Below, piece after piece: positions 46,530 to 56,676 of a stretch of 64,000 bases of DNA (within the stretch, counting starts at the first letter, position 1; each line of letters opens with the position of its first letter). A program made the translations under genes and the position numbers. The stretch is taken from assembly GCA_965197905.1 (NCBI GenBank), contig CBDAOB010000003.1:1056001-1120000 (forward strand). The letters run 5' to 3'. The notes under the pieces were generated by a model, which did not search any database, was not told where the DNA came from, and was given only the letters and a program-made list of their open reading frames with translations. Origin of the DNA: Candidatus Latescibacterota bacterium. GTDB lineage: Bacteria; Latescibacterota; UBA2968; UBA8231.

Positions 46530-47489
46530 TTACCGCAGCAACGCTTCGGCAGCCTGGTCGTGCCACTGCAACTGAAGCTCGACGGCATCGTGCCGCTTGA
46601 ATGGTCGACAAACCTCCTCGATTGAACATCCCACCGGATCGATCCTCTCGAGATCTGCTACACCCATACCCCGCTGGTTACCGTACTGCAGCAACCCCAG
46701 ATCCAGTGGTTCGAACCCCATCACCTTGGCCATCACGGCGTCCACTGCAAACACGTCCGCGCTGGCGGCGGCGACACCGAGCTCAACGGCATCGGTTCCT
46801 CCCGGTCCGTTTCCCTGCAGGCCCACCGTTCCATCCACGACGCCGATGTCGGGCATGAGGTGACGGGCGAGGCGTATGAGGTTGACGTTGATCCGGCGCG
46901 CTTCATCGGGAAGCTGGCGCTGGTCGTGGGACCGGAAACCGTGCACCTTGACCCGGTCCTCTTTACGTATGGTGCCCATGATCATGTTCTTGAGCGCCAG
47001 GGTCACACAGCAACAGTCGTGGGTTTTGGCTATTGCGAGGGAGATGGTGCACGGGCATTGGAGGACCGTCTGCGGTATGTGCACGGTATACTCCGTGCCA
47101 TCGGCCAGGTAGATCTGTTCCGTCTGCCAGCTGGTCTCCTGATTCAGATCGACGAATCGAATCGGCAGGTCGAATTCATCGATCGGGTCGCGATACCCGA
47201 AATTGTCGAACGCCTGGCCGGAATCGTCGTTGGCCCCTTCAGCGATGATAATTTCCTGGAGCGGCGACGGGCAAGAGAGCAGAAAGTCGATGGCACCGCG
47301 AATAGCATCGGCGTGGCTCGAGGCCAATTGGTTCGTGCTGGAAAGGAAATTCGGTTTGAGCATGACCTGCTCGCGGATCTTGCCTTCGAGATCGGCGCGA
47401 ACCTGGTCCATGGCCCGGTAGACATTCTTCCTCCGCTCGCCCTCATGAGCGAGGCCGACGCGAACGCGAGTGTTGTTTCCTGAGGTCAC
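46530..47489 (-). CDS. DUF362 domain protein
   Basis: LKPN, IIAEG, AKTH..VTLALKN and VDG..GLQGNGP...DAV..KVMG; AGGAGG RBS with GTG start. Confidence 0.85.
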   Translation of the reverse strand: MTSGNNTRVRVGLAHEGERRKNVYRAMDQVRADLEGKIREQVMLKPNFLSSTNQLASSHADAIRGAIDFLLSCPSPLQEIIIAEGANDDSGQAFDNFGYRDPIDEFDLPIRFVDLNQETSWQTEQIYLADGTEYTVHIPQTVLQCPCTISLAIAKTHDCCCVTLALKNMIMGTIRKEDRVKVHGFRSHDQRQLPDEARRINVNLIRLARHLMPDIGVVDGTVGLQGNGPGGTDAVELGVAAASADVFAVDAVMAKVMGFEPLDLGLLQYGNQRGMGVADLERIDPVGCSIEEVCRPFKRHDAVELQLQWHDQAAEALLR

Positions 47490-47738
47490 CCTGCCCTCCT
47501 CTGGCGCAACTAGTGCACTGGTGCAAATCTTGTTCGATGCTGCCCGATGTGCTGTAACATAGAAGCCCCCCAGCCAGCAGGCAATGTGCACACCTAGCCG
47601 GTCTCAGAACCGCAAATGAGCCGATCGCAGCGAAGGTTGGCCGAAGTTGCCCGGGTGCGACGATAGAGAGTATGACCCTTATTGACTACTTTCGAGATTG
47701 CCAAGTCGCCCCATACAGTCGCGCTGCAGGAATCTTAA

Positions 47739-49802
47739 GTGCCAGTGAACATAAACGGAACCGTTCGCGATGAGAGCTCCGGGAGGGGAATCGGCGACGT
47801 CGCCGTCTCCGACGGAGAATCGATCGCCCGTACGCACGCGGATGGGTCTTACCGTCTGCCTTTCCATCCGGGCGAACATACTTTCATCTGGGTGAGCTTG
47901 CCCGACGGCTTCGAAAACGTGGGTCCGTTCTACCGATCCCAATGCGAAGCGGGCGAGACCACCGATTTCTTCCTCACCCCTCGCCCAGACTCGTCCTCCA
48001 AAGGCCGGCGGATGGCGCAGCTCACCGATTTTCACCTTGGCAAGGAGTCCCTGGGTCCGGAGAATCTGCGCGAGGATATCAACCAGGTGCTCAGCGCGGA
48101 TGCCCCCGATTTTGCCGTGATAAGCGGCGATCTCACCGACATGGGTACCGAGCATGAGTTGCGGAGTTGCCGGGAAGTTCTGCACGATATCGATTTAGAG
48201 ATGTTCCCCATGTTTGGCGGGCATGACGGCAAAGAGGAGCTGATCCGGGAGGAGAAGGGAACAACCTGTACCCGCAACTACGAGCAGATTTTCGGTCCTA
48301 CCTACTACAGTTTCAATCGAGCCGGGAGGCACTTCGTGCTGTTCCCCGATGAGGATCGGTATTTCGCCGGGCCGGACCAGGAGCGCAAAGCGCGCTGGCT
48401 GCGGGCGGACCTCACTAGCCAGCCTGCTGACCGGCCGTCGATTCTCTTCATCCACGCCACCCCAGCGGCCAGCTTTGTTGAGGAAATGGGCCGCCTCGGC
48501 GTCGTGATGCTGCTTTTCGGCCATCGGCATTCGAACAAGTGGTACGAGTGGGCCGGCGTGCACGTTGGCTGTTGTCCGTGCCTCAGCTTCGGCGGTACCG
48601 ACTATTCAGCGCGGGGGTATCGGATCGTTGATTTCGCGTCCACGGCCTTCAGGACGCGCTTGGTTGCTCTGAAAAACCGTCTGCCTGACCGAGAGTTGGT
48701 CGACCCCCCGGGCGACGAGCGGCTTTATCGTCGTTGGGAGCACCAGCTGCCTGGCAATTTGCACCTCAGTGAACCGGTTCAATGGCAGGATACTTTCCTG
48801 GTGAGCATCGACGACCAGTACGGAAATGGGGATCCAGGTCTTCGCTGCATCGATGGGGCCACCGGCGCCACCCGATGGCAGGTGATCACCGAAGCCGGCA
48901 TACAGACCACGCCTGCTGTGGGTGAAGGGGGTTGTTGCGCCGTTATTACTCCTGCTGGCCGCTTGTACGGAATAGACGCAAGCACGGGCCAACTGCGGTG
49001 GGATGTGAGTCTGCCCGGATATCCGGAGCGTTGGATCTACAACTCGCCGCTGGTGGACACAGATTCGAATCACGCGAGGTCGAGCGTGGTGTTCGCAGGC
49101 TCTAACGCCGGCTGTGGGGCCTTCGACGGGGAGACGGGAGAAACCCGTTGGTACTGCTCGTTCGTCGGCGATACACCCCGCGTAATCGACAAACCATCCA
49201 GGGCAAACGCGGTTCTCACCGACGATAAGCTCATCCTGTTGATTCCGAAGCGCGGGCTGGTCGCCCTTGATCGAAACGACGGCCAACTGGTTTGGGAGGT
49301 GGCTCTGGGCATTCAACATTATTGGGCCACGCCGATCGTTTCGGGGACCCACCTGATCACCGGTGGCGATATCGGTAAGCTGGCGGTGGTTGCGGCAGAC
49401 TCCGGCAAGCTGGTATGCCAGTGGGATCTTCCCGATGACGCCTACCCAACGGCACTCGCGGCGGACGCCGACCGCAGCTACGTGGCGCTTCCGAATGGGA
49501 AGGTTTGCTCATACCGGCTCGCTGACGGCCAGCTGCTCTGGACCTTCGAAAGTGAAGAAGCTCTCGTGGACATGGTGCCTGCGCGTCGCGGCGGTGCCTC
49601 GACGCTGGCAGCGCCGCTCAGGTGGCACGACTGGCTCCTGGTGCCAGGGGGCGACGGCCTGCTGCATGTTCTCGATCCCGAGACCGGCAAAGCGGTTCTA
49701 CAGATCCGCTTTGCCGCACCTCTGACAGCGACCCCCTGTGCCCTCAGGGACGGATTCTGCGTCGGCAGCCTGGACGGCAGACTTACGTTTCTGACGCCCT
49801 GA
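47739..49802 (+). CDS. Calcineurin-like metallophosphoesterase fused to a PQQ-like beta-propeller
   Basis: N-terminal VAVSDG...T.ADG.Y domain; TDFH, GDLT, GGHD and GHRH motifs; C-terminal D..TG..W blade repeats. Confidence 0.8.
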   Translation: MPVNINGTVRDESSGRGIGDVAVSDGESIARTHADGSYRLPFHPGEHTFIWVSLPDGFENVGPFYRSQCEAGETTDFFLTPRPDSSSKGRRMAQLTDFHLGKESLGPENLREDINQVLSADAPDFAVISGDLTDMGTEHELRSCREVLHDIDLEMFPMFGGHDGKEELIREEKGTTCTRNYEQIFGPTYYSFNRAGRHFVLFPDEDRYFAGPDQERKARWLRADLTSQPADRPSILFIHATPAASFVEEMGRLGVVMLLFGHRHSNKWYEWAGVHVGCCPCLSFGGTDYSARGYRIVDFASTAFRTRLVALKNRLPDRELVDPPGDERLYRRWEHQLPGNLHLSEPVQWQDTFLVSIDDQYGNGDPGLRCIDGATGATRWQVITEAGIQTTPAVGEGGCCAVITPAGRLYGIDASTGQLRWDVSLPGYPERWIYNSPLVDTDSNHARSSVVFAGSNAGCGAFDGETGETRWYCSFVGDTPRVIDKPSRANAVLTDDKLILLIPKRGLVALDRNDGQLVWEVALGIQHYWATPIVSGTHLITGGDIGKLAVVAADSGKLVCQWDLPDDAYPTALAADADRSYVALPNGKVCSYRLADGQLLWTFESEEALVDMVPARRGGASTLAAPLRWHDWLLVPGGDGLLHVLDPETGKAVLQIRFAAPLTATPCALRDGFCVGSLDGRLTFLTP

Positions 49803-49833
49803 CGGATCGACATCTGCGGAAAATGAGACCGAG

Positions 49834-51957
49834 ATGGATGTGAGCGGTACCGTTCGCGAGACCGGCAGCGGCAAAGGCATTGCCGGCGTGCCGGTATGCA
49901 ACGGCGAGGCGTTCGCGGTCAGCGGTGCGGACGGACGCTACGAGATACCGGTCGAAGCGGGCGCACACCCCTTCGTCTGGATCTCGATGCCCGACGGGCT
50001 GGTTGCGGTAGATCGATTCTATCGCGGTTTGCCCGGTGATCTGTCTTCCCTCGATGGACTCGACTTCGAGCTGTCGCCGAAACTTGCCGGCAGCAGCGAC
50101 TGCTTTCGACTGGCGCATATCACCGATCTACATCTCATCATCGAACAGGAGAACCCCAATCTGGAACTGACCTCGCCCGGCGCACTGAAGCAAGCTATGG
50201 AGAGCCTGCTGGAGCGATCCAATCCCGACCTGATCATCGTTGGGGGAGATCTGACGAATCTCGGCACGCCGCAGGAGATGGCAGAGGTTTCCCGTATCCT
50301 TTCCCGGGTCGAGACGCCGCTCTTCCCGTTGTTTGGCAATCACGACGGCGCCAACGAACGGCGTATCCAGCTGGCTCAGGAAGGCAAGGCGGACAAGACC
50401 TTCACAAGGCATTACGAGCAGTGCTTTGGTCCATCCTACTACAGCTTCGATTGGGGTGGTTGCCACGTCGTCATGTACATGGACTTCGATCGCTGTCTTT
50501 CGCCCCCCGACCAGGTGCGCAAAGCCACCTGGTTGACGGGCGACCTCTCACGGCAGCCGGCCGGACGACAGATCATCGTGGTGCTCCACGGACCGCCAAC
50601 CCCCGATCTTCTCCAACAGCTCAGCCGTTTCGAGGTCTCCACCGTGCTCTACGGTCATCGACATTCCACCAAGGTAGTTCAACAGAACGGCATGGACGTG
50701 ATCTGCACGCCGGCCTTCTGTTTCGGAGGCACCGATACCACGCCGGCTGGCTACCGTCTCCTCGACTTCGTCCCGAACAAGGTCGAGCACCAGCCGGTCG
50801 CCCTGAACCAGGAGCGGCTCAAGATTCAGAGTCCGCTGAGGGGTGCTGCCGCGGCGGCACCCCTGGAACTCACGTGGGAACGAAGAATCCCCGGAGACCT
50901 TCACCGTGCCGCGCCGATCCGTTACGGAGACAACATCCTTCTCAGTCTGCGCGACGAATCCCTGGGCCGTGACGGCGGAGTACTCTGTCTCGATGCAACC
51001 GATGGAGAAGAGCTGTGGCGGTTCCGCAGCAGCGCCTCGGTCAAGAGCAGCGTGGCGGTTTCGCCATCGGGTATGTGCGCGGCCGCCTCTGTGCACGGGG
51101 AGGTCTACCTGCTTGAACCGGATGGAACATTGCGTTGGAAGTCGAGGCTGCCGGGCTACCCGGAGTTTTTTCTCTACACCGCGCCCCTGATTACGGAGTC
51201 CTCCGTCCACGTTCTTGAGAAGGGTTTCTGTGCGGCGCTGAGCCTGGATACCGGGGAACTGGTCTGGTCGCGCTCGATGGACCCCAGGGACGAAGGCCAA
51301 ATTACCTTTCGCCGTGGCGTCTCCGGCCGCGATGTGCCGTCGTTCACCGGTTTCGTCGAATTTGGCGACCTGCTGGTCGGGCCGGTTCCGGGGCGCGGCA
51401 TAGTTGGGCTCCGGAGAATTACCGGCGAAATCGAATGGGAGCTGGAACTGGAAGGGGGCAAACAGGCGTTTGCCCCTCCGATATTGTTCGGAGATCGCCT
51501 CGTAAGCGGTGGAGCGCCGTTCGAACTGGTTGTGGTAAACGCTTCCTCGGGAACCGTCGTGTGGCGCCGCCAGGTGCTGGAAGCAGACTATCCGACCGGG
51601 CTGGCTGTTGCCGCTGGGCGACTTTTCGCTACCGCCGCCGTTGGCGGCTTGCGTTGTTTCGATTCAACCAATGGTGGCCTGGCCTGGGAGTTCGCAACAG
51701 GCGAGGATCTGCTGGATATGATTCCGCGTCGACGTGGCTTGCGATCGATCCTGGCACCACCGGTTCTCCTCGGTGAGCATCTGATTCTCGGTGCCAACGA
51801 TGGACGTTTATATCTGCTCCACGCGGAAACCGGCGAATGCGAGGTCGATCTTGATCTTGGAGCTCCGGTCACTGCTGCGCCCTGCATTACCGCTACCGGC
51901 TTCTGTGTAGGGACCTGGGATGGGCGTCTCTTCTCGTTCCATTTACGCCAAGACTAA
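49834..51957 (+). CDS. Calcineurin-like metallophosphoesterase fused to a PQQ-like beta-propeller (tandem paralog)
   Basis: TDLH, GDLT, GNHD, FGPSYYSFD and GHRH; same architecture as the upstream gene. Confidence 0.82.
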   Translation: MDVSGTVRETGSGKGIAGVPVCNGEAFAVSGADGRYEIPVEAGAHPFVWISMPDGLVAVDRFYRGLPGDLSSLDGLDFELSPKLAGSSDCFRLAHITDLHLIIEQENPNLELTSPGALKQAMESLLERSNPDLIIVGGDLTNLGTPQEMAEVSRILSRVETPLFPLFGNHDGANERRIQLAQEGKADKTFTRHYEQCFGPSYYSFDWGGCHVVMYMDFDRCLSPPDQVRKATWLTGDLSRQPAGRQIIVVLHGPPTPDLLQQLSRFEVSTVLYGHRHSTKVVQQNGMDVICTPAFCFGGTDTTPAGYRLLDFVPNKVEHQPVALNQERLKIQSPLRGAAAAAPLELTWERRIPGDLHRAAPIRYGDNILLSLRDESLGRDGGVLCLDATDGEELWRFRSSASVKSSVAVSPSGMCAAASVHGEVYLLEPDGTLRWKSRLPGYPEFFLYTAPLITESSVHVLEKGFCAALSLDTGELVWSRSMDPRDEGQITFRRGVSGRDVPSFTGFVEFGDLLVGPVPGRGIVGLRRITGEIEWELELEGGKQAFAPPILFGDRLVSGGAPFELVVVNASSGTVVWRRQVLEADYPTGLAVAAGRLFATAAVGGLRCFDSTNGGLAWEFATGEDLLDMIPRRRGLRSILAPPVLLGEHLILGANDGRLYLLHAETGECEVDLDLGAPVTAAPCITATGFCVGTWDGRLFSFHLRQD

Positions 51958-51977
51958 CCGAGTATCGTGCGCCCGCC

Positions 51978-52667
51978 TCACCTGGAACGGGAGAGAATCT
52001 CCAGCACCTGATCTCGATCCTTGCTGTTGGAGGTCATGGCATCGTTAGGCAGGTGATCTGTCGATGCGAGACAAATCTTCTCGAACTCGGGGGACAGCCG
52101 CAGGGATGTCAGCATGCAGTTCCAGGGGAATCGAGGCTCTCGTGCCAGCTCGGGCGCCCGCTGGTTCAGCACATGGCGCGTTGCGCCTCCCACCGTGGCA
52201 CCGTGTCCCACCAGCAACACATCTGACCCTTTTGCTTCCAGCGCGTCCACCACCGGACCGACGCGCGCTTCGATGTCATCGGCTGATTCCGCTGCGGTCG
52301 TCCACCAGGGGTAGGGGATCTCAGCATCGATCTGCAGGCGGGGATAGCTCGCTTTTAGCTCGTCGATGGTGGCACCACGAAATTGGGCCATCTGCTCGCC
52401 GGAGCCGTTGGACTCGCGCATGCCAAGGGATAGGTGAAGCTCGGCATCTGTAGTGTCGGCAACGATCTGCCCGGTTTCAGCGGCGCGCCGGTACGGAGAG
52501 GTGTGGATCGATCCGGCGAAATCCGAGTCCCGCAAACGTTCGCCCAGCAGTTGAGCTTGATGTCGCCCCAGTGCGCTCAGTGGTGGATTTCCAGGAGCAA
52601 AAAAGACATCTGAACCGTCGTCGGTCGCGGGTTGCACCTGACCGTGACGGGTTATGTGGAGAATCAT
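51978..52667 (-). CDS. Histidine phosphatase (phosphoglycerate mutase family)
   Basis: TRHGQ, LSALGRHQA, TSPYRRAAET and LVGHG. Confidence 0.9.
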   Translation of the reverse strand: MILHITRHGQVQPATDDGSDVFFAPGNPPLSALGRHQAQLLGERLRDSDFAGSIHTSPYRRAAETGQIVADTTDAELHLSLGMRESNGSGEQMAQFRGATIDELKASYPRLQIDAEIPYPWWTTAAESADDIEARVGPVVDALEAKGSDVLLVGHGATVGGATRHVLNQRAPELAREPRFPWNCMLTSLRLSPEFEKICLASTDHLPNDAMTSNSKDRDQVLEILSRSR

Positions 52668-52732
52668 GACAATCCTCGTCCTGGCAGTTTTCTACTTTTG
52701 AAAGGGTGACACGGGCGCCGGGCGTATCGCAA

Positions 52733-52761
52733 AGTATGATGGCATATTGTCGTTGACTCAA
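52733..52761 (-). promoter_or_regulatory. Possible sigma-70 promoter for the histidine phosphatase
   Basis: Minus strand TTGAGT-N17-CATACT. Confidence 0.35.
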
Positions 52762-52897
52762 GTCGAGGTTACACATCGGCGAGCTATGTCCCTCATGGTC
52801 GCGTTGGAGCGAGAGGTCAGTTCCGTTCGGCCTGAATGCCCAACACTCGCTTGCAGGAGCGGGGATCGGGCGACTATCCTTACTGCAGGAACCAACA

Positions 52898-54475
52898 TTG
52901 GACAGCGCAGAACCGACAAACCCAACTCCATCTATTGGCATCATTGTGGATCCGCTGCCCTTGCGGGCATGGGCGCACGAGGTCCTCGAGCAGATCCTCG
53001 AGCAGGATCTGGCGCGGATTGTGTATGTCGCTACGGTGTCCTCCACTGGGTCGCAGCTGGAAGGAACTCTGCCCTTGAGGTTATACACGGGCCTGGATTG
53101 CCTCATCCTTCCCGCGCACCCCCGCGCCCTCCAACGGCGGCCTGACAGTCCCCTGCTGCAAAAGTTGCCGATGTTTGATCTGGGTCACCCAGACCAACTC
53201 CCGCCTGGGAAGCAGCTCGAGGAAGTCGATCTCGTGATAAATTTGAGCTGCCGAGCCGTCACCGACGTACTCGCTACCTCGACGCCACAAACTGCCTGGT
53301 CGCTTCCCATGCTGTCGCGCACGGCGTGGCAAAGTGTCGAAGAGGTATACGAGCATAGGCCGGTGTCTACGGTTACGGTCGAATCGACGTCTTCCGATGC
53401 GGCCGATCCACTGGTGCTGCAGCAGGCGTACTGCGCCACCGATTTCTTCTCGGTAGGTCGCACCAGGAACAGGGTTCTGTGGAAAGGTGGCGCCCTGACT
53501 ATCCGTGCCCTCAAACGTTGGCGTGGACCTGCACCTGACCTTCCCCCAGTCGAGAAACAGTCGGAAAGCCGTGCAGTCTACTCGGCAACTGCGCTGCTGG
53601 CGAAGATCGTTGGGCGCCTCGTTCGCGACAGTATCAACAAGCTTTTATATGGACGGCGATGGTTGCTTATAGCGCACGCGGCAGAGGAGTTCTCCGAAAA
53701 TTTCGGCGACTATCAACCGCTTGTACCACCAAAGAACTGCGCCTGGGCAGATCCCTGCGTACTGACTCGCGGCGAGCGGCACTACTTGTTTATCGAGCAG
53801 ATTCTGCCCGGCGCCAGCAAGGGTCATCTGGCAGTCCTGGAAATGAACGCCGAAAAAATCACCGCCCCTCCAAAGATTATTCTCGAAAAGCCGTATCACT
53901 TATCCCATCCGTTTGTTTTCGAATGGGAGGGGGACAGCTACATGGTGCCGGAATCGTCCGCGAACGGGTCGGTGGATCTATATCGCTGCACCGATTTTCC
54001 GACCTGCTGGGAATTCTGCAAAACCCTTATGCCTGGGGTTCGGGCGGTGGACGCAACCTTGTTGCAGCACAATGGCCGATGGTGGATGTTCGTGACCTTG
54101 GCCGATCACAAAGGTGCGACCACCCGGGAAGAGCTGTTCCTGTTCTCGAACCGCAGGCCGGTAGACGAAAGCTGGCAGCCTCATCCGCTCAACCCGATCG
54201 TCGCTGACGCCCGCAGAGCCCGTCCCGCCGGCCGCATTGTTCAGCAAAACGGCAAGCTGGTGAGACCGGCGCAGGATTGCTCGCACCGATACGGCTACGG
54301 AATTCGAATGATGGAGATCGTGACGCTCGACGAGGAGCACTACGAAGAGTTGGAGATTGCCAGCTACACACCCAATTGGGACTCCAACGTGGTTGGCTTA
54401 CACACCATCGATCGCGGCGAGGGGTTCACCGTCCTGGATGTCAAGCAGTCCACACTTCGACTCTTGAACCGTTGA
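52898..54475 (+). CDS. GINT1-N-like/GH43-like propeller protein of polysaccharide loci
   Basis: WADP, LEKPYHLSHPFVF, YMVPES, DATL..HNGRWWMF, HPLNP...ARPAG, RPAQDC...YG and GLHT. Confidence 0.7.
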   Translation: MDSAEPTNPTPSIGIIVDPLPLRAWAHEVLEQILEQDLARIVYVATVSSTGSQLEGTLPLRLYTGLDCLILPAHPRALQRRPDSPLLQKLPMFDLGHPDQLPPGKQLEEVDLVINLSCRAVTDVLATSTPQTAWSLPMLSRTAWQSVEEVYEHRPVSTVTVESTSSDAADPLVLQQAYCATDFFSVGRTRNRVLWKGGALTIRALKRWRGPAPDLPPVEKQSESRAVYSATALLAKIVGRLVRDSINKLLYGRRWLLIAHAAEEFSENFGDYQPLVPPKNCAWADPCVLTRGERHYLFIEQILPGASKGHLAVLEMNAEKITAPPKIILEKPYHLSHPFVFEWEGDSYMVPESSANGSVDLYRCTDFPTCWEFCKTLMPGVRAVDATLLQHNGRWWMFVTLADHKGATTREELFLFSNRRPVDESWQPHPLNPIVADARRARPAGRIVQQNGKLVRPAQDCSHRYGYGIRMMEIVTLDEEHYEELEIASYTPNWDSNVVGLHTIDRGEGFTVLDVKQSTLRLLNR

Positions 54476-54487
54476 AGCGCGGAAGCG

Positions 54488-55360
54488 CTATCTCGCCGGG
54501 GCCGGGTAGTCGTACTTGTCCAGCTCCTCGGCCGCAACCTCCCGAATCTGCGCGATATCCTCGTCGCTCAGTCGTTCCAGAGCGCCTTCATTCATATCCC
54601 GGATCTCCGACTGTAGGCCGTGGACCTGCCAGGGTCGATGCAGATGCTCATCGCCGAGCGGGTCCAACCCCAGGAAATCGGTCACGGTCCGCAAGCGGCT
54701 GTCTGGGGCGGCCGCGAGCTCCTCGTACTTGAGACATAAGAAGCGCTCCAGGTGCTGGCTGTCCGCCATGAGGATGCGATCGGTGGCGCACCACTGTTCG
54801 GCGCACAGCGCAATGGGGTAACTCGATGGATGGTTTGGGTTCTCGTACTTTGCAGGGTTTGCCTTGCGACGGATACCTTCGGCGACCGCATATCCGTTGC
54901 GCACGAGATAGATGAAATAGGCCGGCGAGAAGTAGGTCTGAAGGAAATCGGTGCGGACGGCGTTGGCGACGGATTTCTCCAGTAGATACGGCCGGCCCGA
55001 AGGAAAGAGAACCGACCACTGCCGCTTGACTCTTTGAGCCCTCGCCTCCATGCCTTCGCCGGGTAGCAGTCGAATCTGATCGAGACAACGACACCACATG
55101 CGGTTCCATCCGAAATCCTCGGGCCGCGGTAGCGCATCGGTAAAGCGAACCCCTTCCCCGGGCAGCGCGCCGATATCGGGGTGGGTAGCCAGGATATCTT
55201 TCAGCAGGGTCGTCCCGGAGTTGTAACTACCCAGCACGAAGATCCATTTCTTGCCCGCGAGTGGCGCCCCGAAGGGAGCAGCGAGCCGTTGGCCGGTGCG
55301 GGTGCGCATGAACTGGTTGCGCAGGCGGGCGGGTATCCGTCTCAGTTCTTCTGCCCTCAT
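54488..55360 (-). CDS. Sulfotransferase (PAPS-dependent)
   Basis: IFVLGSYNSGTTLL (5'-PSB), LEKS, YLVRNG (3'-PB) and KYEEL...FLGL. Confidence 0.88.
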   Translation of the reverse strand: MRAEELRRIPARLRNQFMRTRTGQRLAAPFGAPLAGKKWIFVLGSYNSGTTLLKDILATHPDIGALPGEGVRFTDALPRPEDFGWNRMWCRCLDQIRLLPGEGMEARAQRVKRQWSVLFPSGRPYLLEKSVANAVRTDFLQTYFSPAYFIYLVRNGYAVAEGIRRKANPAKYENPNHPSSYPIALCAEQWCATDRILMADSQHLERFLCLKYEELAAAPDSRLRTVTDFLGLDPLGDEHLHRPWQVHGLQSEIRDMNEGALERLSDEDIAQIREVAAEELDKYDYPAPAR

Positions 55361-55379
55361 GCCGTCGAACCTCTCGCTG

Positions 55380-56555
55380 TCATATCCCTTGATCGCCGCG
55401 TTTCAGGACCTGCTCCAATATCTCGAAACTCCTCTGGCTCAAGACGTCCAGGGAAAACTGCTTGCCGATCCACTGATGGGCTCTGTTACCCATCTCCCGT
55501 CGCAGAGGTTCGTCCGCAAGAAGCCGTTTCAACTTTTCTGCTACGTCGTGTTCGTCGTCCGCCGTTGCCAGGAGGCCGGTCTCTCCGTGGCGCACAACTT
55601 CGGGAGTGCCGCCGCTATCGACGCCGAGGGATGGCAGCCTGAAGGCTCCCGCTTCCATAAAGACGTTGGGCATTCCCTCCTCAACGCCCAGCATCACAAA
55701 GAGGTCGGCCCCGCGATACAGATTGAGCAGAGTAGAGGAGATCGGCGGCACCGTCCCAAGGAGGTAGATGCGGGAGTCCAACCCGAGACGCCGGATTTCG
55801 CGCTCAATCGGCCGGCGCCCCGGCCCGTCTCCCACGACAACGAGACACGACTGGGGGAATTCGCCGACGATCCTGGCGAAGGCTCGCACTGTCAATTCGA
55901 CCCGCTTCTGAGCCACCAGTCGCGCAACGGTGAGTATAACCATCTTGCCTTCCAAGACGGGGTACTCCTGTTCTGCTGCACCTCCAGCCACGGATTCTAG
56001 ATGCTCCATATCGACGGCTGAAGGACTCACGAAGATTTTCTCGCGGCCGACGCCCTTTTTTATAGCAACGGATTTGAGGAACTCGCTGGCAGCGCCAATG
56101 GCACGGGATTCCCGGTAGCACCTTCGCTGCGGAATGCTCTCCAGCCGCGTCCAGATTCCGCTTCCGGGAAGCCGCCGCAATAAATCCGAACCTCGGATGC
56201 TGGAAATGAGTGCGGTCCGTTCGGGCAGCCGCAACAGACCGGCAACGCGACAAGCCATGCCGTTAGTAACCCACAACAGATCCGGTTGAAAGCTGATCAG
56301 CGTGCGTTGCAACCAGCGTCGGGCAACCAGATATCGGCGCAGAGGAAAACCCAGGTAGGGCAGCCGAACGATTTCGAAAGGCTGAAAAGAGTCGAAGGAC
56401 GCGCCGTCTTCATCCGCTGTTTCTGGCGCCAGAACCCGCACCTCAACACCACGGCTGGAAAGTCCTGCAGCAAGCCGGGCGGCGTAGGTTGCGGATCCGG
56501 TCGCCGAAGGCGGGAACTCCATGCCAAAGACTAAAACTCTGTACTCAGCATCCAT
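55380..56555 (-). CDS. Glycosyltransferase family 4
   Basis: EFPP, TVARLVAQKRV, VVGDG, EGMPNVFMEA and GGTPEVV..GETG. Confidence 0.9.
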   Translation of the reverse strand: MDAEYRVLVFGMEFPPSATGSATYAARLAAGLSSRGVEVRVLAPETADEDGASFDSFQPFEIVRLPYLGFPLRRYLVARRWLQRTLISFQPDLLWVTNGMACRVAGLLRLPERTALISSIRGSDLLRRLPGSGIWTRLESIPQRRCYRESRAIGAASEFLKSVAIKKGVGREKIFVSPSAVDMEHLESVAGGAAEQEYPVLEGKMVILTVARLVAQKRVELTVRAFARIVGEFPQSCLVVVGDGPGRRPIEREIRRLGLDSRIYLLGTVPPISSTLLNLYRGADLFVMLGVEEGMPNVFMEAGAFRLPSLGVDSGGTPEVVRHGETGLLATADDEHDVAEKLKRLLADEPLRREMGNRAHQWIGKQFSLDVLSQRSFEILEQVLKRGDQGI

Positions 56556-56676
56556 GGTATATCGACCGCTGGCGAATATAGGGACATAGAGTGTCTCAAC
56601 GCGACCGCCGGACAGCTTCAGGTTTCCTGCCGGCCTACCGTTTTTCCTATATTGAGCCCATGACAGATACCCTGCA

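Noticed and set aside
47502..47516. Sigma-54-like TGGCGCAACTAGTGC
   Set aside because: Weak -12 element, ~220 nt from the next plus-strand gene and abutting the opposite gene's RBS; likely chance.
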